From assembly GCA_025594325.1 (NCBI GenBank), contig JANHCV010000010.1, positions 248,001 to 312,000 of the forward strand: a DNA stretch of 64,000 nucleotides, written 5' to 3'. Under the pieces are notes generated by a model. It did no database searches. It was not told where the DNA came from and saw only the letters and a list, made by a program, of their open reading frames with translations. Origin of the DNA: Blastocladiella emersonii ATCC 22665. Taxonomy: Eukaryota; Fungi; Blastocladiomycota. The translations under genes were made by a program, and so were the position numbers. This document shows positions 54,401 to 64,000 of this stretch, piece by piece; positions within the stretch are counted from its first letter, which is position 1, and every line of letters begins with the position of its first letter.

Positions 54401-57400
54401 CAACTGCAACTCGGACGCGCTCATGCTGTTCGGCTACGACCGCGAGAGCATCGTCGGCCAGAACGTCAACATCCTCATGCCGGAACCGTACCGGTCCTTC
54501 CACGACGGGTACCTCGAGCGGTACCGCCGCACGCGCGTCTCGACCATCATGCGCGCGACCGAGGGCCGCGTGCTGCCGGCGTGCCACAACGACGGCACGA
54601 CGTTCACGGTCAAACTCAAGGTCAAGGCCGCCGGCAGCAGTTTCGGTGCGGGTGACTCGCTGTTCCACGCTATCCTGGTCCGTGTCGGCGACGAGGACCT
54701 GATCAACGCGCAGCAGCTCAAGATCGACGGCCGCGTCAACCTCGACGCGAACGGGACCATCACGGTGCTCGGCAAGGCCATCGCGGCGACGCTCGGGTAC
54801 TCGGCCAACCCGGCCGAGCTCTCCAAGTACAACGTGTCGGCACTGTTCCCGCCGCTCCCCGACATGCCGATGCAGGGGACGCACCAGGGCGTGCTCGAGG
54901 CGCTGCTCGCGACACAACCCGCGCAGATCCGGTACGCGATCATGCTGCGGCGCGACCGCACGCTGATCCCGGTCTCCGTGTGCGGCGTCATGAACGAGGA
55001 CAACGACGACTCGGGCGACATGGCGATCCAGTGCGACGACATTTTGTCCAAGGAGGGCCTGCTGTTGCTCGACGCGCACGGCGCCATCACGCAGGCCAAC
55101 GAGCACATCTCGGTCCTGTTCGGGTTCTCGGCCGATGAGGTGCAGGGCCAGTCGATCAAGTTCCTGATCCCGGACCTGCAGGTCGCCGGCGGCGAGCAGA
55201 CAGCCATGGCGCGCCAGTCGCTGACGGGCATCCACCAGGACTCGACGCGGTTCCCGGCGCTCGTCGAGCTCGCCAAGCGCGTTACGGGCGACGAGACCAA
55301 CTACCTGCTGCGCGTCACGCACGGCCCGCTCGCCGTGTCGAAGCTGCCCAAGGAGATCCTGCGCCTCATCCAGGTCCCTGGGTCCTCGTCGCGCAGCCAG
55401 CCGTTCGCCGCCGCGAGTGACCTCAGCTCGCAGCTTTCGACTGCATCGGTCTCGACTCGCCAGACGGCGCAGCTCGGGCAGTCGTCGACCGGCGAGCTAC
55501 CGCTCAACCTCCTTTCACCGAACATGACCCCGCCTGTTCATCCGAACAGCCTGTCGCCGCCCCTTCCCGAGTCGGTCGACTCGCTAGAGGAGGTCATTCG
55601 CGGCGGCGGTGTGGTCGGCGCGACGGCCATCGCGCTTACCGTGACCAACGAGCGGCAGCCACCCGCTCAGCAGCCGGTCCGCGCGTCACCCTCGACTCAG
55701 CCTGCGTCGGGTTGTCCCGTCATCGGGCACTCGGGCGGCAGCGACGGACCCGCCTCGGCCAACAGCAGCGGCGGCAGTCTCGCGGCCAACGTGTCTGGGC
55801 CGAAGGCTCGGTTCCTCGTGCCGCAGGGTTCGTCGCTGAGCGCCATCGACGAGTTCAACAGCCGGCTCGGCCTCGAGAACATGTCGACGGGCGAGCTTCC
55901 GGCTCCAACCACGACCGCGAACCAGTCGCTCGCCAATGTCACCAACTCGCCGACTCGTCCAACGGACTCGCGCGCCGGCGGCATGTCTGGTCGCCCAGTC
56001 TCGTCGGGCATCTTCGAGGCCGGCCACAGGGAGAAGCGCGAGCGCGAGTCCAACATGGTGCTCGGCAGCACGTCGATGGCGTTCCGCCACGGCAACGCGT
56101 CGACGGCCATCTCGCGGCAGAACTCGGACGAGTCGCTGGCGTACGCGTCGAGCGACGCGGGCAGCCAGTCCACGGCGAGCGGCAACGCCAAGTCGGCGGA
56201 CTCGCGCCTCATCCTCGCGTGGAAAAACTCGTCGCGCAATCCGCTGCACGCCAACCTGCTCAACCGTCTCCGCGTCAGTCTGGTCCTGCTGATCGTGGCC
56301 GCCATCGCCGCGCTCGTCGTCAGCAACCTGCAGAACGTCGAGCACTTCAACGTGATCCGGCTCGCGGCCTCGCACAACCCGATCGTCACCGACATCATGC
56401 ACACGGTCGAGCGCCAGTACTACTGCGGCACCATCTCGAACGCGTCGTCGTCGGTCCTGTGCACGGACGCGCTCGGTCCCCGCCTCGCCACGCTCGCGAC
56501 GCGCCTTGCCGACTACAGCGCCCAGTTCAGCAACCTCGCGTCGACGCTGCCCGAGGCATCCATTTTCGTGCCACGCAGCGTTGAGCTCGTCCAGTTCGCG
56601 AGCGACGACCCGACGTTCGCGACGCCCATGGTCGCGCCCGACATGTGGCAGACTCTGACGCGTGTCGCCGCCGCGACGGCGGCCGTGGCCAACATCACGG
56701 GCAACCCGTCGAGCAGCCGCGACTGGCAGTTCCTCGTGCAGAACAAGGACTCGATTCTTGACGCGGTCCTCAGCATGAGCAGCCTCCTCGACGAGGTTGT
56801 CGCCATGCACGCGCAGCAGCGCTACATGTTCGTCCAGGCCGTCAACTTTGTGTTCATCGGTTTCTCCGCTGTACGTTGCACGCTCGATCCGCGCTTTCTT
56901 GTTTTCGCGCTAACCCATACCTCTCGTCTAGATCATCCTGTTCGCCTTCATCTGGCCCGAGCTGCACGCCCTGAACAAGGAGCGCAGCAAGGCGCTAGTC
57001 CTGATCGCGCGCATGCCGCGGCACGTCATCTCGTTCCTCGCGTACCAGGTGTACGAGATGGACGACGTGGACAACGACAACGAAAACGACTTTGACGACG
57101 ACTCGCCGACGCACGGCGACAACACGCAGAACAACTCGCTCCCGCTGCTGCAATACGCGCACCAGGGCGAGCCCGGCGCCGACGCGGCCTCGGAGGCGAA
57201 GCGGCGCAAGTTCGGCAAGGGCAAGCTCAACAGCAGCTCGTCGGCCCATCCCGGCAACTTCTCGCGCAGCGCCAGCGGCGCGTTTGCTCCCCGCGCGAAC
57301 GCCAGCTCGGCGTCGACCACGATCGTCGCGCAGACCGACTACTGGGCCTACATCCTGTTCACGGCCATGTACGCGTTCATCGTGATCCCGTGCGCGGCGA

Positions 57401-58215
57401 TCCTGTGCGCCATGGCCGTCGACAGTGCGACGCAGACGCAGTACCTGCTGCGCGGCGTCAGCAATTCGATCCAGACGTTTCGCACGCTGTACCCGATCCC
57501 CGCGTACGCGCTCGAGCTCACGCGGCCGGGCGCCAACTGGACGGGCCGCGCGGTCAAGCTGCAGTTGGCTGTGGCCGAGGTGCGTTCGCGCTTCACGGCC
57601 ATTAACGGCGACGTCGGCAGCTACCCGAGCCCGACGGCGTACCGCTCGCTCCTGCAGCAGCCGTACAAGTACGTCGACGGCTTCAACAGCCCGTTCCTCG
57701 CCAACGTGTCGTCGGCCAAGGGCTTCTCGTTCATCGTCGACGACATGCTGCAGGCCACGGCTGTCCTCGTCAACGCGGTCCCGGCGTCGCCGTCCAACGG
57801 CAACACCACGCGTGCCATTTCGGCCACGGCGCAGCGCGCGCTCGAGTCGCTGCTCACGATCGGGCCAAGCCAGCTGTACCTCGGGTGCGAGTCGCTGGCG
57901 TGGCTGCACCTGGGCGACTTCGAGGCGCTAACGGTCCGCGAGAAGCAGCTGCAGAGCGACATGCACATCCTGAACCTGTTCCTCGTGCTGGTCGTCTTCT
58001 ACGGGCTGTACCGGTTCCAGCAGAGCATGCGCGAGGACATCAAGCAGAACTGCCTGCTGCTCATGATGGTCCCGCAGACGGTGATTCGCAAGCACCGCCC
58101 GCTCCGCGTCTACCTCCGCAGCATCTGCTCCGACATTCGCCGGCATCTCGGCACCGCGGCCGCCACGAGCGCGGCAGGCGAGGTCGCGGCGGTCGATGGG
58201 CCGCCAAGGGATTGA
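51413..58215 (+). CDS. giant multi-pass membrane protein with tandem PAS domains (TmcB/TmcC-like), at least 5 exons
   Basis: About 8 N-terminal TM helices, a helical region, and about 5 PAS-like repeats (e.g. NVNILMPEPYRSFHDGYLERY). Two TM-ectodomain-TM modules each end in an L...(V/M)P motif. Introns at about 51613-51673, 53391-53452, 53733-53812 and 56871-56931. No kinase or cyclase motif seen. Confidence 0.85.
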
Positions 58216-58475
58216 TAAACTCACGTCGTTTTGTGTTATGTCGGGCGTGATACATTTCGCACTTTAGAAAACAATGCTTGAGCTGATCGCGATCGCGAAA
58301 GTGTCTCGCGCTCGCGCTCACGTGAGAGCTGCGAGACGCGAGACACGACGCGTCGGGGCGCGTCGCGCGGTCGTGAGAGCGGTCGGGCCGAGAAGGTGCA
58401 CAGCAGCGCATCAGAGCACTGCCTATCTAAGGCTTCCATGCATCGCTTTGACATGTAACTTGGCGCAACTCGACC

Positions 58476-61400
58476 ATGGGGGCGCTCAACATCCTCGAGA
58501 TCGTTGCCAACTTCACGCAGTACATTGGCGTGATTGGCAGCATCAAGATCACCTGGCCGCCGGGGTTCGAGTGGATTGGCAACCATGTGCGTGATCTGTA
58601 TGCATGGCCTCGCTCGATTCGAGCGGTTCGCTGACCCGCGTGAGCGCCGCGTGCCCAGCTTCGCTTCCTCCGCATCGACTTTTCCATACCGCTCCCGAAC
58701 GTCAGCATCCCGGCGCTCGACTACCGGTCGCAGCTCATTCTCTTGACGAACGCGCTACCGCTCGTCATCGCTATCGTGCTGCTCATCTTCTTCAAGTCGC
58801 TGCCCATCGTCGTCTGGGCGTGTCTCATCATCGGCGGGATCGGCCTCATCTTCGCTGGTGCGTGAAACTACCGACACTAGGACGCGGGGCGACTGACGCG
58901 CTCGCGCATCTAGGAATTGTTCTGCTCGCCCTCCCGACGTCGCAGTTCTCGATCCAGTCGTCCATCGCGCAGTACCTCCTCATTGGCGGCATCTGCCTCG
59001 AGCTGATCATAGTCACCGTCCATGCGGTGCTGTGGTACCAGAAACGCCAGCGCAAGCTGCGCGCCAACCGCGTCGTCCCGTTCTCGGACGACGAGGCTGT
59101 CGATGAGGACGAGGCCGTCGAGGAGTCGCCAAAGCCGGCCATGGGGACTGTGAAGCGCTCAAGCGCTGACGACGATGACGAGGAGGAGGAGGCGCCCAAC
59201 GTCGACGCGATCAAAACCAAGGACCGCGCCGCGCGGAAGCCGTTCCTGCAGCAGCTCGCGTACTTTTTGCTCGGCGCGGTGCTCACGGCCATCGGGATCA
59301 TCGTTAACAGTGCGTCGCACTGATTGTTCCCATGCATGGAACTCGAGACGCTGACCTTAATCCATTGCTAGGTCTGGTCGACACGAGCCGGTTGCGAGAA
59401 GAGTCGTCGATCTACTCGGTTGTCGACGTACGTTTCCGAGCCCGGTGATGGCCGTCCACATCTGACTCTGGCTCTCGCGTGAATAGCTCTGGCTCAAGAC
59501 GCTCGGCTCGCCGCTCGGCTGGACCTCGTTCGCGTTCGGCCTGGCCATCCTGTATCTCTGGTTCACGGCCCTGTTCGTCAAGGTACGCTCTCGCGCGTCG
59601 AGTTGATGACCACCTCGCTTACCCTCCGCATATAGACCCGGCGGTTCAACGAGCGCGTCAAGTACCTGTTCCGCAAAAACGTCGTCCGGATCGTGCTCCT
59701 CGCGCTCAGTCTCTTCTACATCCCCATGACCACGGCCGTGCTCAGCGCCTTCATGTGCTCGTGGGTCGCGGTCCCGCAAGGATCCGAGTTTGTCCATCGC
59801 AGCGTCTCACTCGGTACGTCTGCCTACCTTTGTCATGGATCGCGCTCACTAACACCTCGCGATGGACAGAGTTCAACTCGATCCTCACCGACTTTACCAA
59901 GACCACGTACAACGGGACTGCGGTCAACCCGTGCTACTTTCGCGCGGACCAGTGTCCCATCGCAGACAAGCTGTGTCCCGCGACGCAGGATCTCCGGCTG
60001 GTACGATAGCCGCGGGGAATGCCGGCGATGGCCGCGCTGACACTCGACCTTCCAACAGGTCGCCGACCCGTCGCTCTCATGCACGGCCGAGATCTACCCG
60101 TTCTACCTCCCGGGCGCGCTCATTTCGCTCGTGACCATCGTGATCGGCATTCCATGTGCGGTGGCCGCGGCTGTTCTCTTCTCACGCTCCGGCACTCACT
60201 CAACTTCCGTCGTAGGGCTCTACTACAAGCTGATCCGCGTGTCCGCGCGCTTCGTTTCCGAACTCCCCACTCGCTCGACGGACCCGACCGCCAAGTGGAA
60301 GGAGCAGTGCGCGCTGACGAGCAGCAGCTGCCGGTCGCTGTACACCATGTTCGAGGTCAAGTGGAAGTACTACAAGCTGGTGACGCTCGTGCACAAGCTG
60401 CTGATCGTCGCCGTGCTCATCTTCGGCAACTCGTACTCGTTCGCCCTCATCTGCGCACTCACCGCGACACACTCGCTGTTCGCGCTCACGTCTATGGTGT
60501 CGCGGCCGTACGTCCGCGTCGGTGAGGTACGTCTTCGCGCTCACTGCCGCGCGATGACCTGGAACTTGACTTCGAGACGCGAACGTAGGACGCCCTCGCG
60601 ACCGTGTGCCTGCTGGTCAACGTCGGCAACGCCGTAGTCGCGCTGCTCATCGCGCTCAACTTCTACGTGCCGTCGTGGGCCGCGATCCTGGTCGCCGGGC
60701 TCAACCTCGTGTTCCCGACGGCGGCGCTGTGCATCGGGTTCTACATCGAGCGCAAGGAGGCCGCCGCCAAGGAAGCCGAGCGCGAGGAACGAGAGAAGCG
60801 GCGGCAACAGCGCGACGGGCTGGTCAGCTCGCCCAAGAGCGGCGATGACGCGGACTCGGATGGAGTGGAGCTTGAGGAAGAAGACGCACCGCCCGTCACC
60901 GACTACCCGGGCAGCGACGAGGAGTCGGTCCTCAGCGACGCGGCGAAACGCCCGCTGTCGCCGTCCGAGCTCGATTTCGTCGACAGCATGGACCAGGAGC
61001 TCGACCTGCGCCTGCTGCGGATCCTGGTCAACTCGTTCCTGCTGCTCGGGTTCGGCGCGTTCGTCGGCGCCGCCATCGCGATCGTCGGCGTCCTGTACGC
61101 GACGGCCGCGGGCAACATGGTGCGCCCGCTGACCGCGTACGGCGAACTTACAGCATCCACGGGCACCTCGGCGGCGCAGATCGAGTTTGCCGGGTACGCC
61201 AACTGGACCCAGTTCACGGCCAACTGCTGCTGCCAGGCGAGCCTCGCGACGGACGCAGGGACGGGCGTGCTCAAGAACAACACGGTCGCGCAGGTCGCCG
61301 AGACGTGGAAGTGTTTCGCGTCGTCGCCTGCCGCGGCGTCGGTGCTCGGCGGGAACGGGTTCATGTACAAGACGCGCGTGCGGCGCGTGGCGGGGATCGA

Positions 61401-61551
61401 CGGGTTGATGCTGCGGCCGTACTGCTCGACCGCATTCAACGCGTCGGCTGTCGTCGGGCTGCCCGCGGTCAACGCGACGTCTGGGCTGGTCCAGGTCAAG
61501 GCGGCGGCGGACACCGCGTTCTCGGCGTACCAGCTGACGTATCTGTGGTGA
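58476..61551 (+). CDS. multi-pass membrane protein (TRP/Flc-like TM bundle suspected) with Cys-rich C-terminal domain, many exons
   Basis: accATG start; ANFTQYIGVIGSIKITWP, many hydrophobic exons, and FEVKWKYYKLVTLVHKLLIVAVLIF; C-terminal EFAGYANWTQFTANCCC. The family call is tentative. Confidence 0.6.
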
Positions 61552-61627
61552 TGATGGGTTGAAGAGCTAGACTGTATTGCATACACACAACCACGCGCGC
61601 GCGGGCACCGATCGACCACCGCCGCGG

Positions 61628-63133
61628 CTAGATAGTCGTGGACTTTTCGCGCTGGTGCTGCGCGTCAGCGAGCGCGACCTCGTCTTGGAGCCCCTGCATC
61701 ATGACGCCGAGGTCGACGCCGCTCGACTCGGTCGGGAGAAGCGGGAGGTGCTCGTTGAACCAGTCGATCATGTCCTGCATGCGCTTGATGCGGCCTTGGT
61801 AGTCGCCAACGAGCGTGGCGGCGGCGCCGGCCTCGGCCGAGTTCGGGTCGCCGAGCTTGGCCAGCTCGCGCTGCAGGAACTCGAGCTCCTCCTCGAGTGC
61901 CTTGACCTTGGCCTCGTCCGCGTTGGGCGGCGCGACCAGCGACTGCCGCGAGCCGTAGCGCGAGGACGAGTCGGAGACGGCGGCGGTCGACACGGCGCGC
62001 GACAGGGACGCGGAGGGGGAGGCGGCGGATGAGGGGGCCACGCTACCGGCCACGGAACGGAACTTGGAAATGACCTCGGGCGGAAGCGCGCGCGGGAACG
62101 GCTTGTTCGCCTTGCGCTGGTTGATGATGTGCTGCATGCACACGTACTGGTCGAGCGTCACGGCGTCCTGCCCGTTGAGGTCCACGATCTGCCTGCGCGT
62201 TCGGAGAAGGGTGAGTTTGGTGGTGGCGAGGTAGCAGGGGGTGCGTCGCGAGCGAGTACCAGATAATATCAAACTCCTCGTGTGGCCGGCGCGATAGGAC
62301 AAAGACCTCGTATGCGTGGTGCTCTAAACGACGGTGAACGAGGTCAGCGCGAGCTGGCCAAGTGCAGAACGTGCGATAGTGACGTACTGGGCAGGAGGTC
62401 GTTGGTCGTCGGCGCGCGCTCAAACTCCATTTCGTACTTGAGCTTCTCCGCTGGCGGCATGTACCAGTCAAAGTTGTCGGTGAATTCGATGGTCGGCTAC
62501 ACTCGGGGAAGCGTCAGTGAGGAGCTCGCCGCACAAACGATGCCCCGAGTCGTACGCCGCGCAGCACCTGGCCGGCGAGCTGGTTCGGGTCCATCATCAC
62601 GCCGAACTGGCCCGGCATCATCATCCCGGGCACCATCATACCCGGCATCCCGGGGATCGGCGCGGGGCCCATACCCATGCCCATGCTGGACAGGTTCGGG
62701 ATACCCGGAACCCCTGCGGCGAGGGCGAGCGGGTCGGCGTTGGGGTTGAGGCGGTTGACGGCGGCCTTGATGGGCGGGATCATGTAGCCGGGGAGGACGG
62801 GCGGGATCGCGGCGCCGTTCATGCTGTCGTAGATGAGGCGCATCGCAATGATGAACTCCTCAATGTCGAGCGCGCCGTCGCGGTCCATGTCGGCGAGCTC
62901 CCAGATCTTCTTGAGCTGCGCTGGGTCGAGCTCCGACTTGAGGAACACGGAGCGGCATTGTTCGCCTAGTCGCGGCGGTCGCGCGCGTCAGTTGGCGGGC
63001 AGGGCACACGGCGAAGTGGCGCCCGCAACGCACCCGTGACGACGCTGTCGATGGGACCGAGGCTGTTGAAGATGTCGCGGTAGCGGTCGCGCTCGGCAAT
63101 CGAGATGCCGCTGTAGGTCGTGGCGTTGGACAT
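61628..63133 (-). CDS. END3: End3-like EH-domain endocytic protein, multi-exon
   Basis: EH1 (VFLKSELDPAQLKKIWELADMDRDGALDIEEF..IPPVLP), the End3-type FDWYMPPAEKLKYE motif, EH2 (IW|QIVDLNGQDAVTLDQY..FPRALP), and a C-terminal coiled coil. Confidence 0.8.
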
Positions 63134-63661
63134 GGCGTGGCGCTGGCGAGGTTCGAGTTGCGTGGTGCGGCCACTCGGGCAAGTTACATGGGCTTCAAGA
63201 GCGGCGATGCCACAAGTGTTTGCGTCGCTGGCAGGGAGAGTCGCTGACGGGAGGTGGAGGGGAGGGCAGGCGAGCTTCGCCACGGCTGCGCGGCGCGTCG
63301 GCGAGCGTCACCTGACCGCGGACTTCGCGAACGAACGCCCTTCTCCGGCGCCCGAGCTGACGTCCTTGCTCTCTCCCGATGCTCAGCTGTCAAAGCATGT
63401 GAGGCAATGAATCTTCATGAAGTAAGCAGGACGCGAGCTTGAGGCGCTGTCCGAGCCCTCGCTTGCGCTGTCCTCGGCCCGCGTCATGAGCCCGGCGTGG
63501 CTGGCGGCACCGCACCGCACCCACCACACCCTTGAGATGTGCTCCGCACCGACCGGCACTTCGAACGACCTTGGCTCCATCCTCCTCTCAACGAAATCAA
63601 ACCGAAGCGCAACAGGCAGGACGGCGGGCCCGACTTGCTGCACTCGCCTGCGCACGCCGAC

Positions 63662-64000
63662 ATGATGGCCTTTCGCACCCCGCGCATGCTCAGGGAGTAC
63701 CGCCCATGGGATGCTGTTATCTACACGTCGGCTACTCTCGCCCTCTTGGTAATTGGTCTCTCGGCCGCAACCCTGACCAGCCTCCGCTGGACCACCAGCT
63801 ACTACAAGTACATCACGAACGATATCTTCTTCGTCACGTTTGTGATCCTCGCTGCGCTTGTCGCCCTGTCCATAGTCCGCCACATTGTCATCGTACGTGA
63901 TACTCTCGAGCGCAAGCGTACCAGCGAGTACCGCTCACTCCCTCAGGGTACTCGTAGCGCTCGCCCAAGCCCGTGGTCGCGAGCAGCCTGGCACTCTTCG
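63662..64000 (+). CDS. membrane protein, 5' part only (runs off window end)
   Basis: Open frame MMAFRTPRMLREYRPWDAVIYTSATLALLVIGLSAATL..DIFFVTFVILAALVALSIVRHIVI with two hydrophobic helices; GTACGT donor at about 63893. Confidence 0.6.
   Translation, partial: MMAFRTPRMLREYRPWDAVIYTSATLALLVIGLSAATLTSLRWTTSYYKYITNDIFFVTFVILAALVALSIVRHIVIVRDTLERKRTSEYRSLPQGTRSARPSPWSRAAWHSS

Overview
GC-rich eukaryotic (fungal) genomic DNA with short spliceosomal introns (5' GTACGY/GTGCGY, branch CTGAC/CTAAC, 3' YAG). The gene set (End3, Pil1-like BAR, PAS/TmcB-like protein, F-box-like/ankyrin-like/LRR pair) is most consistent with a zoosporic early-diverging fungus, probably Blastocladiomycota; this is inference. 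About 25 genes are supported. Housekeeping genes: SDR, prolidase, ATP7, PNO1, IPK1, pyruvate kinase, GST-zeta, CAF-1 large subunit, End3. An accessory-looking island at about 6.3-21.6 kb holds: (1) four intronless paralogs with an F-box-like N-terminus and a 12-ligand Cys/His C-terminus, all sharing one upstream DNA motif; (2) a transcription factor with two forkhead domains; (3) two convergent metacaspases placed almost exactly symmetrically around an apparently perfect 572-bp inverted repeat. Also present are two MITE-like inverted-repeat elements, a 10x108-bp minisatellite, and a giant membrane protein with FixL-like (putative heme) PAS domains. No tRNA, rRNA or CRISPR features were seen. 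Exon boundaries were read by eye and no database searches were run.
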